DNA from: Parcubacteria group bacterium RIFCSPLOWO2_01_FULL_48_18
GTDB taxonomy: Bacteria; Patescibacteriota; Minisyncoccia; UBA6257; WO2-01-48-18
Assembly (NCBI GenBank): GCA_001824435.1
Contig: MHXH01000017.1
Span: 335-64,334, forward strand
Reading direction: 5' to 3'
DNA length: 64,000 nt
How positions within the stretch are numbered: position 1 is the stretch's first letter; each line of letters starts with the position of its first letter. The translations under genes and the position numbers were made by a program. The notes beneath the pieces are model-generated. The model saw only the letters and a program-made list of their open reading frames with translations. It was not told the origin of the DNA and ran no database searches. This document shows positions 52,364 to 61,940 of the stretch, one piece after another.

Positions 52364-53311
52364 TCAATACGCGGTTGTACGAAAAACCGGCTGGAACCTT
52401 TCCGTTAATTTCTCACATACGGGGTTAAAGATACAACGCGGGCAGTCTGGCTCGCTCATTTCTGGACAGTACTTGCGGGCCATCCACATTGTCTCGTCTA
52501 ATTCCATAAGAGAGCGTCCTGATTTTTCCATAACCATGCGCAGGGCTTCACAAACTTTCAGCCGTATATCGCGTTCCGCTTCATCACCTACCCATGCGCG
52601 TTGAACATTTTTTGCAATCTCTTGACGGGACAGCTCTACAAGCCCAACGCGAAGCGCAAGACGCATCAAGTGGTAGTCAATAATTGGACGCCAGTTACGC
52701 GAATCGGCCACGCGGAGAAATCGTTCCGGTCGATTGGCCAATGCCATCGCCAAAAGCATATTTCTTTTTTCAAGAGGATCTTGATCATAACCGGGAACTT
52801 TTTTTATCTGCTCCAGAAATGATCGGAGGGGCTCTTTGGCCTCGTTTGCGCGACGCAGTATGTCGTCTGGCAGGGTCTTCCGGAAAACAAACCAGCTGCC
52901 GTACTTTCTCGTAGTGTGCAATCTCTGCATAAAATCAAAAAGGGGAATGGGGCCTTTGTCGTCTCGGAAAAACTCATACCGTAACCCCCGGTGCAAAATC
53001 ACTGAAAGGCGGTGCGGCAGAAAATTCTTCCAGTCCGTGTCGTAAACCTTCTTTAGGGCTCTTGTTAACAAATCCGATCCCTTATATTCGATGCCGTTAA
53101 TCGTTCCATAAATCGGGCGCACGTACCCAAAGTCATCTCCTAGCCAAAAGCCGTAATCGTGAAGCATCAAGAAGAAGAAAAAATGTACTGCGCCCGGGTG
53201 ATGCGGTGGCGGGAAAGCATCACCGCACCAATCCATACCCCGAAATTCAAGCTGTACCCCCTTCAAGAACTCGCTGACCTCTTCGATTTGATCCATGCAA
53301 ATACGCGCCAT
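52364..53311 (-). CDS. Queuosine-salvage (DUF2419/QNG1)-like HhH glycosylase-fold protein with a C-terminal 4Fe-4S motif
   Basis: DPLEKR..L, IDYHLMRLALRVG, E..IR and LDETMW; C-x7-C-x2-C-x5-C at the C-terminus. Confidence 0.55.
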   Translation of the reverse strand: MARICMDQIEEVSEFLKGVQLEFRGMDWCGDAFPPPHHPGAVHFFFFLMLHDYGFWLGDDFGYVRPIYGTINGIEYKGSDLLTRALKKVYDTDWKNFLPHRLSVILHRGLRYEFFRDDKGPIPLFDFMQRLHTTRKYGSWFVFRKTLPDDILRRANEAKEPLRSFLEQIKKVPGYDQDPLEKRNMLLAMALANRPERFLRVADSRNWRPIIDYHLMRLALRVGLVELSRQEIAKNVQRAWVGDEAERDIRLKVCEALRMVMEKSGRSLMELDETMWMARKYCPEMSEPDCPRCIFNPVCEKLTERFQPVFRTTAY

Positions 53312-53417
53312 CTGGCCTCGCTGCTTTTATTGATACAAGAGGAACTAAAACCAGCATAAACGCCCATTAAAAGAAAAACAAGGGGGTGTAATACCTAACG
53401 CTTTTCGCGGCCGCATG

Positions 53418-54467
53418 TTAAACGCCGAGGTATACTGCTCGATTCTCGTTGTGTTCATCAAGCGTTTTGCTAAAAATAGTGTCTCCTGTTTTGGGATCGG
53501 AAAGATAATACCAGAACGCGGAAGGGGCCGGTTCAAGAGCTGCCTCAATCGCAGAGATGCCTGGATTAGCGATGGGGGCCAAAGGCAAACCGCTAAACTT
53601 ATACGTATTGAAGGGGGAGTCGATGTCCAGATCGGCCCTTGCCACTAATCGTTTATCGCAGCTCGAAAGCTTTCCCAAACATTTCGCGTAGCTCAAGCTG
53701 GCATCAACCTGGAGGGGCATTCCCGCGCCAAAACGCTTCCATAAAATTCCGGAAACAATGCGTCGGTCCTTGTCGGTTAAAACCTCTCGCTCGATCAAAG
53801 ACGCCATCGTCAAAACCTCATAGAACGAAACGGGCGTACCGCCTAGAACGACAAACTCCTCTTTATATATATGTTTGGTTTTTTGGGAGAAACGGCCCAA
53901 AAACTTCATCGTTATTTCCCGAAGATCACCGCCAAGAAAAAATTCATACGTATCGGGAAACAAAAAACCTTCAAGCGACTGTGCCGCTGCCAAAAAACCG
54001 TACTGACTCCCCAATGTCTCGACGGGAAAATGTTCAAACGCTCCCGCCTCGATAATGCCGTTCGCAACAAGTTTTTCTTCTATATCTTTAAGCGTGAGAC
54101 CTTCGGGAATAACAAGGCGAATCGTATTTTCCTGCCCATCGTAAAGTACCTTACTAATGGTAGCGATGGACATGCCGGAATCCAATTCATAAACACCTGG
54201 TTTCAAATACGCTCCGTGTCCCGCTGCAACCGCATACAACTCAAAAACCAAGCGGCTGCGGATAACCCCGGTCTCCCGTAAACGAAAGGCAATATCCCGA
54301 AGGCCGTCTCCCTTCGCTACCGTAAACCGCGTCGTCTGCGCCCCGGGAGAAAATAACGGCGCATACACCAGATAGAAGAAATAAGAAAAACAAAGGGCGC
54401 ATATGCCAAGAACCGCGGCCCCTGCAAAAAATAGGGATTTCTTTTGCGTGCTATACATGAAGGTCAT
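53418..54467 (-). CDS. mltG: Endolytic transglycosylase MltG
   Basis: IPEG, LEGFLFPDTY, ASLIERE, LQVDA and SPFNTY..GLP..PI.NPG. Confidence 0.95.
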   Translation of the reverse strand: MTFMYSTQKKSLFFAGAAVLGICALCFSYFFYLVYAPLFSPGAQTTRFTVAKGDGLRDIAFRLRETGVIRSRLVFELYAVAAGHGAYLKPGVYELDSGMSIATISKVLYDGQENTIRLVIPEGLTLKDIEEKLVANGIIEAGAFEHFPVETLGSQYGFLAAAQSLEGFLFPDTYEFFLGGDLREITMKFLGRFSQKTKHIYKEEFVVLGGTPVSFYEVLTMASLIEREVLTDKDRRIVSGILWKRFGAGMPLQVDASLSYAKCLGKLSSCDKRLVARADLDIDSPFNTYKFSGLPLAPIANPGISAIEAALEPAPSAFWYYLSDPKTGDTIFSKTLDEHNENRAVYLGV

Positions 54468-55552
54468 CGCATTCTCGTGGCGACGCTTTGAACAACTCCC
54501 AAAATTGCCATACTGATCAAGATGCTCGATCCGCCGTAACTGATAAGCGGCAGCGTCACGCCGGTAACCGGCACAAGGCCGATATTCGACCCCACGTTCA
54601 GAAAAAACTGGATCATAAACAACCCTGCCGCGCCCAAGCAAAACAATTTCGAAAAATTGTCTCCCGTGAAATAAGCTATGACCAGAATCCGATAGATCAT
54701 AAAACCAAACGCTCCGATAAGAAAAAGGGCACCGACGAGTCCCCATTCTTCCGCAATTCCGGCAAAGATAAAATCCGTCTTCGCCTCCGGCAGGAAGCCG
54801 TACTGAACTTGCGTTCCCTTTCCCACTCCCTTCCCCAAAAAACCGCCGGAGCCAATCGCTATTTTCGACTGGATAATATTATAACTCGCGCCGAGGGGGT
54901 CATACATAGGAAACAGAAAACTCAAAATTCTTTCCTTTTGATACTCTTGAAGGAAGCCGTGCCAAAAAATAAACGACAGAACGCAAAGCGCAACTCCTAC
55001 TATTGCTAAATGCTTTATGGTAATACCGCTAACGAGAACCATCACCAACCATAGAAAAACCAAAATAACGATAGAGCCCAAATCAGGCTGCCGCGCGATA
55101 ATAATTGCGGGCACTGCCGCAAAAAGAACCGAGCCGAACAAATTTCTGGCCAGCGCGATTTCAACATGCCGGCGAGAAAAATATTTCGCCCACGCCAAAA
55201 GCAAAACAAACTTTAACAATTCTACCGGCTGGAATTGCAATGGCCCCAATACAATCCAAGCATGAGCGCCCCTTATTTCGGGGCCGGCGAACGTCAACAG
55301 GAGCAACACTATCGAAAACGCATACGCAGCAAGAATGGGCCACGTGTGACTTATAAGAATTCTGTAATCGAACCTTGAAAAAAAGAAAAATGCAGCGAGT
55401 CCGATCAAAAACCAGGTCAATTGTTTATATAAATGAACGAATTGCGGATTGTCGCGATAAGAAAAGCCACCAAGCGTTACCGCGCTTAGCGCCATCAGTA
55501 AAAAAAGAGCGAGCATAAGAGGCCAATCGAGTCTTTTAAAATACGATAGCAA
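54464..55552 (-). CDS. rodA: SEDS peptidoglycan glycosyltransferase RodA
   Basis: FQPVE, QPDLG, LPEAKTDFIF and VTGVTLPLISYGGSS. Confidence 0.93.
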   Translation of the reverse strand: MLSYFKRLDWPLMLALFLLMALSAVTLGGFSYRDNPQFVHLYKQLTWFLIGLAAFFFFSRFDYRILISHTWPILAAYAFSIVLLLLTFAGPEIRGAHAWIVLGPLQFQPVELLKFVLLLAWAKYFSRRHVEIALARNLFGSVLFAAVPAIIIARQPDLGSIVILVFLWLVMVLVSGITIKHLAIVGVALCVLSFIFWHGFLQEYQKERILSFLFPMYDPLGASYNIIQSKIAIGSGGFLGKGVGKGTQVQYGFLPEAKTDFIFAGIAEEWGLVGALFLIGAFGFMIYRILVIAYFTGDNFSKLFCLGAAGLFMIQFFLNVGSNIGLVPVTGVTLPLISYGGSSILISMAILGVVQSVATRMR

Positions 55553-55623
55553 GGCGCTTAGCGTTTAGAATTCGCTTGGCAAGCTCATAATAAACTATGC
55601 GCTAACCGCTATACCCTAAACGC

Positions 55624-56397
55624 TTATTGTATCACCTCCGGTTCCACGTCGATGTGCGAGAAATCGACACCCCGGAAGTCAATGAATTGTGAAGGAACAA
55701 TCATGCGTAGCGCACGTTCCTCTTTGGGAATAAGATCATTCAATTCGGTTTTCGACACCAATACCGGCAAACCCGCGCGATCAAAAACTACTGCCTTCAC
55801 CCGTACGCGCGACAGTTTAACCGGCGCCGAATTAACCACAAAACCGGTAAGCTCGACAAACCTATTCTCACTCATGAACTGTGCCGTAATCGCTCGGGTT
55901 TCCAATGCAAGCCGCTTCGGCAATCGCTCCGGCGGCTGCCAATCAATTTCTCTAATATCAAGGGAAACGCTCGTCACCTCTCTGTAATCTACGGGAGATG
56001 CGACATCAATAAGATATTTCGTTTCCCCGGGAAAAATAAATGACTCTCCTGCCACCGATTGCAATTTAATGCCGAACGGGCCAAAGACCCGAAATTCATA
56101 TGCGAACCTCTTCGCGCCCGCATCGAGATTCAGATTTCGAATCTTAGCAGCAACCGATACCTGCGAGTGGCTTACCGGAAATACATTTTCCCACATAACC
56201 TGCGGCGCTAAAATCCGTTTAATCAAGCACGGCATACATACACCGCCACAATCCACGTCGGTTTCATTCTGATTCCGCACATCATCAAAACAAGTTGGAT
56301 CGGGCCTGAAAGAAATTACAACTACCGCAATAACGCCAAACCAGATGCACGCATACAACAATCCGTATACGACCTGTTTGAGAAACCGCTTATTCAT
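55624..56397 (-). CDS. Membrane-anchored protein with a TCFD..NQ.E..VDCGG.C motif and FxLYD/Ig-like domains
   Basis: N-terminal TM, Cys motif and beta-rich domains. Confidence 0.7.
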   Translation of the reverse strand: MNKRFLKQVVYGLLYACIWFGVIAVVVISFRPDPTCFDDVRNQNETDVDCGGVCMPCLIKRILAPQVMWENVFPVSHSQVSVAAKIRNLNLDAGAKRFAYEFRVFGPFGIKLQSVAGESFIFPGETKYLIDVASPVDYREVTSVSLDIREIDWQPPERLPKRLALETRAITAQFMSENRFVELTGFVVNSAPVKLSRVRVKAVVFDRAGLPVLVSKTELNDLIPKEERALRMIVPSQFIDFRGVDFSHIDVEPEVIQ

Positions 56398-56705
56398 TTT
56401 TCTATTCTAGAACCGGCCTCGATAATAGTAAACTCCCCCCATTGGGGCCTGCTTGAAAAATCCCGCCTACCCTGCCTACCCCGTCTGCCGGCACGCAGAC
56501 GACAAGACATATTTCAGAATATACCAAAATCTACGGATTAAGAAAGTCACTACAATATAACACCCGGCAACAACGAGATTAAAATCAAAAATTTCATGAA
56601 ACTAAAAGCCGCTTGAATCGTTATATAATGAAAGAATGTCGTCTATTCTATAGCTTTAAGACAAAGAACGCTCCGGCCGAAATGATCGGGGCGTTTTCAC
56701 TAACA

Positions 56706-58469
56706 ATGCCAAACTATCTAAAATACCTTTTTGCTCTTGCGTTGAAACAGAAACGGTCTGTGAAACTTTTGGCGTTCCTGCTTTTTATAAGCGTGGGCGT
56801 CCGACTCGCAGAGCCCTATCTTTACAAAGTGGTCGTGGACGCTCTCGCCGCCGGACTCATCCAAAAAAATTTCGCGTCGGTCCAGATACAAACGCTCTTT
56901 GCCGCGGTGACAATCTGGTTTATCCTCACGATCATCCTCAACGTCACAAACGCGCAAAAATCATTCTTCGTATGGCATATCGGCAATCGCAGCGCACAAG
57001 AAGTGCAGATAGTCGGTTACCGACGCCTCCTACGGCTCGACTACGCCCGGCACATAAAAGAACACTCAAGCCGATATTCCAAGATCGTTGACGACGCGGA
57101 CGTAAGCATGTGGGAAATGACCAACTGGTGGCTTGGACGCTTTTCGTCCGCCGTTCTGGGTTTTATAGGAATGCTCGTAATCGCACTTTCGGTAAGCTGG
57201 CAAATGACCCTGATCGCGATTTCAATCATCCCGCCGACCCTATGGTTCATCATCCGCCACGTAAAGAAATACGAAGACAAACAAAGAGCCGTAAACAAAA
57301 TGTGGGAAGAAAAACACGAACATCTTTCAGACCAAATTATGAACATCGTAACCTATAAATTGAATCCGCACGAGGACATTTTTATCAAAAGGCATGCGGA
57401 GTATAGCGATCGCGCGAGCGCCGCGCAGTTTGAACTCAACAAAAAATGGCGGCTCGCGGAAATGTTGAATCCCGACGCTCTCGCGCGCTTCCTGGTACTC
57501 GGAGTAGGCATCTTCTTCGTAAAAAACGGGTCAGTCACGCTCGGAACTCTCTTTATGTTCATGGGTCTACTCAACGAAATCTTGACGCCGCTTCACCTAT
57601 TAGGCGATATTCTTCCGCAATACACGAGGCGCGCCCAGCATATCGAGCGATTACTCGACCTTTTGGCACAAGAAGATCGCGTAAGAAATCCAACGCACCC
57701 CATCAGAATTTCTGAAATCAGGGGAGAGATCGCGTTTGACCAAGTTTCTTTTTCTTACGCAAAAGAGGGTGGGGGCTTTGAATTAAGTGACGTATCGTTT
57801 GACATCAAACCTGGCGAGACTACCGCGCTCGTGGGACGCTCCGGTTCCGGAAAAACAACCGTAATGACGCTCCTCACAAGACTGACAGACCCCACGAGCG
57901 GCACGATCACAATCGACGGCATCGATCTGGGGCGTTTCGACCTCGAACAGATTAAAAAGTACGTCGGGACCGTACTGCAGGAAAACGCAATGTACAACGA
58001 AACGGTCGCAGAAAACATCGCCTACGGCGATCCCGCAGCTACGAGAGCAAGAATTATCAGCGCGGCCAAACAGGCGCACGCTCACAACTTCATACAGAAG
58101 CTTCCGAAAGGATATGACACGCTGATCGGAGAGCGCGGCATCCGTCTTTCCGGAGGAGAAAAACAACGAATCGCCATCACAAGGGCCATCCTCAAAAATC
58201 CAAAAATCGTGGTGCTCGATGAGCCGACAAGCGCATTGGACAGCATCACCGAAATGAAGGTTCAGAAAGGATTAAACGAACTCATGAAAGGAAAAACTAC
58301 GCTTATCATTGCGCACCGGCTTTCCACCGTGCGCCACGCAAATACGATCATGGTGCTACAGGACGGAAGAATCATCTGTCGGGGCCCTCACACAAAACTC
58401 ATGAAAACCTGTCCCACCTACAAAACAATGGTCGATCTCCAGGTCAAAGGATTCCTAGCCGATCGGTAG
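56706..58469 (+). CDS. ABC exporter, fused permease plus ATPase (MsbA/MdlB-like)
   Basis: GRSGSGKT, LSGGEKQR, VLDEPTSALD and IAHRLST. Confidence 0.95.
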   Translation: MPNYLKYLFALALKQKRSVKLLAFLLFISVGVRLAEPYLYKVVVDALAAGLIQKNFASVQIQTLFAAVTIWFILTIILNVTNAQKSFFVWHIGNRSAQEVQIVGYRRLLRLDYARHIKEHSSRYSKIVDDADVSMWEMTNWWLGRFSSAVLGFIGMLVIALSVSWQMTLIAISIIPPTLWFIIRHVKKYEDKQRAVNKMWEEKHEHLSDQIMNIVTYKLNPHEDIFIKRHAEYSDRASAAQFELNKKWRLAEMLNPDALARFLVLGVGIFFVKNGSVTLGTLFMFMGLLNEILTPLHLLGDILPQYTRRAQHIERLLDLLAQEDRVRNPTHPIRISEIRGEIAFDQVSFSYAKEGGGFELSDVSFDIKPGETTALVGRSGSGKTTVMTLLTRLTDPTSGTITIDGIDLGRFDLEQIKKYVGTVLQENAMYNETVAENIAYGDPAATRARIISAAKQAHAHNFIQKLPKGYDTLIGERGIRLSGGEKQRIAITRAILKNPKIVVLDEPTSALDSITEMKVQKGLNELMKGKTTLIIAHRLSTVRHANTIMVLQDGRIICRGPHTKLMKTCPTYKTMVDLQVKGFLADR

Positions 58470-58578
58470 CAACATCAAATCAATAATATATGCTCAACAA
58501 TGCAAAACAGCGGAATGTCCGCTGTTTTCGCTTCTAAAAACCTTTTTCATAATCCCGCACTAATTTTCTGCAATAGTA

Positions 58579-58696
58579 TCCCGGCGAATCCTACTTTCCC
58601 CGGCCACCGAAGCAGCGAGTATCATCAGAGTTTGACGCTTTCACTTCCGTGTTCGGAATGAGAACGGGTGGGTCACGCCAAACTAAATCACCGGGA
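58579..58696 (-). rRNA. rrf: 5S rRNA
   Basis: Minus strand contains CCCGUUCUCAUUCCGAACACGGAAGUGAAA and GAUGAUACU. Flanked by a 20-bp processing stem (58554-58573 / 58703-58722). Confidence 0.92.
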
Positions 58697-58812
58697 AGCT
58701 GCTGCAGAAAATTTAGTGCGGGAGGGAGGGATGGGACACACATGACTTAACCGCTGGGAAGTCCAAAATTTTAAGCGGGGCGGGGTCGGAATAAAATGAG
58801 GTGATACCCGCC

Positions 58813-59112
58813 TCAAACTCCATATTCTGCCTGCCTCAAGCTTAAAAGCTCCTCCTCCGCTTCTCTTTTCTTCTTCGATAGTTGATCTAACAGATCGCTT
58901 TCCGCGTCAGTAGCTATTTGAACAAGCTTAAATTCCGTATCCGATATGTCTCCGAATAGGGATTCAAGATTTTGTTTATTCCCTGCAAGCCGCGACAGGT
59001 CGGCAGCAATCAGCTCACGTGCACGCGCAACGACTTGAGCCAATTCTTCGCTTACATATTCTTCATCCGGCAAATGGGCCGGGCGATGTGGTTCACGCAT
59101 TTCTCGACTCAT
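58813..59112 (-). CDS. Small acidic helical protein in the 23S-5S spacer
   Basis: 99-aa ORF co-oriented with the rRNA; E/L/R-rich coiled-coil C-terminus. Confidence 0.6.
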   Translation of the reverse strand: MSREMREPHRPAHLPDEEYVSEELAQVVARARELIAADLSRLAGNKQNLESLFGDISDTEFKLVQIATDAESDLLDQLSKKKREAEEELLSLRQAEYGV

Positions 59113-59720
59113 ATATATTTCTTTCTATAGCCACACAAAGTGCAGAAATTCGAACAACAAAGTATTTCCATATATTTCTATAATATTTCCACATATTTCT
59201 GAAATACATTGAAATATGCTTCGCGAAACAAATAGAAATATCCTGTTTTGTATTTGCGCTTCCGTTGCTCCGCAACGGTTGGCTGACGCATTCTCCGACT
59301 GAAACGTCAGGGCTGCCCTTCAATAAATTCAGGGCTAAGTTTCTACGGGATTATTTATTCCGATTCCCCTAATTCACGCTCTCGATCATCCAGTCGAAGC
59401 AATTCATCGTCTATTTCATCTTTCCTTTCCCGGATATCTCTTAACCTTTGGTTATCTCCATCTATGCCAAGGTTTAGTTCAAAATCTTTCATCCGTTGTA
59501 ATTCATTCTCCAGCTCCTCCTTTTTTTACGAATCTCCAACGACCTTTCAGCAATTGTTTGTTTCTCTATTTTTTTGATTTTTCCATGTTAGTAAAACAAA
59601 TAACCTCCCTCGGTATTATATCCTATCAAACCCAGGTTATAAGTTCAACCTCGGGGTTGCTCTGATGAGCAATAGGGCTTCACCGAAGTGTCAATTGTCA
59701 ATTATTACCTCCGATGGGTG
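59105..59720 (-). ncRNA. Group I intron-like RNA scaffold in the 23S-5S spacer
   Basis: P (UCGGUGAAGCCCUA), Q (AAUACCGAGGGA) and R-like (CCCGUAGAAACUUA) elements, P7.1/P7.2 hairpins and P3' GCGUCAG closely mirror the neighbouring 23S introns. Confidence 0.6.
59355..59587 (-). pseudogene. Frameshifted small coiled-coil ORF in the P6 loop of the spacer element
   Basis: MEK / IKKIEKQTIAERSLEIRKK / KEELENELQRMKDFE...ERELGESE* in successive frames, broken at poly-A runs. Confidence 0.5.
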
Positions 59721-59794
59721 TGGGGATTAATTTTTTTGGATTATTAGTACTCCTCGGCTGAAATCCTTACGGATCTTACACCTGGAGCCTATCA

Positions 59795-59967
59795 GCCAGC
59801 GCTCCGCACTGGAATTTCTAATTCCTAATTTCTAATGACTAATCAAATCCAGATTTCGAAATCCCAATAACCAAAATATTAGAAATTGGCCATTTGGGCA
59901 TTGAAACATTGATTAGGAATTAGGTCAATTAGAAATTAGACATTTCCGGTGCGAAGCACTGGTTTTT
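59795..59967 (-). other. Hairpin intervening sequence in 23S (near E. coli 2820) built from TTTCTAA/TTAGAAA heptamers
   Basis: Basal stem gccagcgctccgcactggaa / ttccggtgcgaagcactggt; no group I core. Confidence 0.75.
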
Positions 59968-60013
59968 ACGTGGTAGTCTTCCACGATCCTCAAACGATAC
60001 CTTATCTTAGGGG

Positions 60014-60047
<34 letters not shown>

Positions 60048-60126
60048 CGTCCGAACATAGCTACCCGGCGTTCCACCTGGTGGCAGAGCCGGCAGACCAG
60101 AGGTTCGTTCATCCCGGTCCTCTCGT

Positions 60127-60443
60127 CACATAATCACATATCACTATGTGTGCAGACTATATCTTTACCCGTCCAGTCTTCGCCGGTTGGCGAATGGCAG
60201 GTTTGGGTATCGGCGTATTATAGATGTTCAAAAACATCTATCTCCCGGGCACATAAACTTATGTGCTTCGGTCAGTCGTTACGGGGTCAACCCTTCGATA
60301 AACTCAGGGTAACTTCCCACGGTATTAACTCTAGTTCGTTTATCCAAAAGTTTTGGACCGCAAAACTTTTACAAACTAAAGCCTTCACCGTTATTAGCCG
60401 AATTGTCATCTCGCATTACTGCGAGAAGTAGCAATTTTCGTTT
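60127..60443 (-). mobile_element. Group I intron inserted in the sarcin-ricin loop (after U2656, E. coli numbering), no ORF
   Basis: Exons rejoin as CCUAGU|ACGAGAGG; 5' exon ends in U, intron ends in G; CGUAACGACU and AAGAUAUAGUCU (P7). Confidence 0.9.
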
Positions 60444-60482
60444 ACTAGGGACGACTCCCTTCAAGTATCAACGCCTGCGGCA

Positions 60483-60523
<41 letters not shown>

Positions 60524-60797
60524 CATTTATTACCTCTTGTTACCAAGAGAATAGACTATATCACTATCCCATTATGGATATGGGATATCAACGTATTAGC
60601 AAGGATATTTCACCTTACTCCCTTCGATATTAATATCGAAGAAGTCGTTACGGGGATATAGTGGAAATTTATACCGCATCGCTTTTTTCCACTAATCTTC
60701 CCTCGGTATTATCCTAAAATCGGGTTCGAGATTCTAGGGCTCCACCGATATAAGTTGATTCACATTCCTCGATTACTCGAGGAAGACGCGAACTTTC
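60524..60797 (-). mobile_element. Group I intron after position 2575 (E. coli numbering), no ORF
   Basis: Exons rejoin as GUACGU|GAGCUGGGUU; IGS GUUCGCGU; R and S elements; omega-G. Confidence 0.9.
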
Positions 60798-60872
60798 ACG
60801 TACCCTTTTAAATGGCGAACAGCCATACGCTTCCCACCTTCTCCAGCGGGGCGCTAGGGTGAGCCGACATCG

Positions 60873-61713
60873 TACATTGTTCCGTTATTACTAACAGTGT
60901 GGACTATGTCTTCATCCAATTATTTTTACTTTCAAGTAATGGCGCTGACGTATTAGTCAAATCTTTAAAAATTTGACTCTTCCGAATAAATCGGAAAGTC
61001 TCTACGGGGTTATAACTCAATTTTGTACTTCATTGATGGAATAACTGCATCAGCCAAAAGTTCTCTAAGCCTGGATAAAGATGATTTTTTAAAACGTAAT
61101 CTAAAATAGTTTTTGTCTCTATTTAGGCTAGTTTCTAAATTCATCTTTCTTAAAACTGCGATCAACCTTTTCTGATCACTGACATCGAACTGCTGAGAGT
61201 TCAGATACACATCAGAAGATCTACATCTGCTCCCATCGTCCATATACCAAACCGCTAGACTGACCACATCTAAATTGAGTTCATCCGGAATGATTTTTTT
61301 ACCATTCCGATAAAACATTCTATAAAGTTTAGATAGGCCTTCAAGCTGCCTGGTGTAGAAACGATAGGCAATTCTGTTTCCATTTCCCTTTCTTATTTTA
61401 GGAGCTGAGGCTGAAACATCTTTCAATAACCGATATTTCCAATCAACATATTCTTTTTGATTGTAAGAATGATTGATTTCTAGCAATGCGTTCTTGCTCC
61501 TCGGTAATATACGCAAGTAACCATCTCCCAAAATTGTTCCAATGATCAATGATTTTTGGAATTGAGTTAAACTTCCCACGGCATTGTCCATACGATAATC
61601 GTATCATATGGAGTCCGCCGTTATAAGTCAGATTTTTATTCTTCGAGTACCGAACACATCGTTTCAGTACCGAAAGGTATGACATTGCTGTCATAGCACC
61701 CCGATTTAAGTTA
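60873..61713 (-). mobile_element. Group I intron at L2500 with a homing endonuclease; terminal nucleotide is A
   Basis: Exons rejoin as GGCACCU|CGAUGUC; IGS AUCGGGGUGC; GUAGAGACU / GACAUAGUCC. Confidence 0.9.
61010..61591 (-). CDS. LAGLIDADG homing endonuclease (double-motif, LAGLIDADG_2 type)
   Basis: IIGTILGDG and LAVWYMDDG. Confidence 0.93.
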   Translation of the reverse strand: MDNAVGSLTQFQKSLIIGTILGDGYLRILPRSKNALLEINHSYNQKEYVDWKYRLLKDVSASAPKIRKGNGNRIAYRFYTRQLEGLSKLYRMFYRNGKKIIPDELNLDVVSLAVWYMDDGSRCRSSDVYLNSQQFDVSDQKRLIAVLRKMNLETSLNRDKNYFRLRFKKSSLSRLRELLADAVIPSMKYKIEL

Positions 61714-61940
61714 AGGTGCCGAGCCTGGCCGTCGATAGGAACTCTCGGGCCAGACTAGCCTGTTATCCCTAGAGTAACTTTTATCCGGTGTCTCCGGCCT
61801 TCCTATGAAGAGCCGTCGGGTCACTAAGTTCTGCTTTCGCACCAGCGCGACTTGTAGGTCTTGCTGTTAAGCCGGCTTTTGCCTTTACGCGTCCAGCTCG
61901 ATTTCCATCCGAGCTAAGCCGACCTTAATAAACTCCTCCG

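Noticed and set aside
56668-56698. Attenuator or riboswitch before the ABC exporter
   Set aside because: A hairpin with a short U tract is present, but I found no aptamer, antiterminator or leader peptide to support it.
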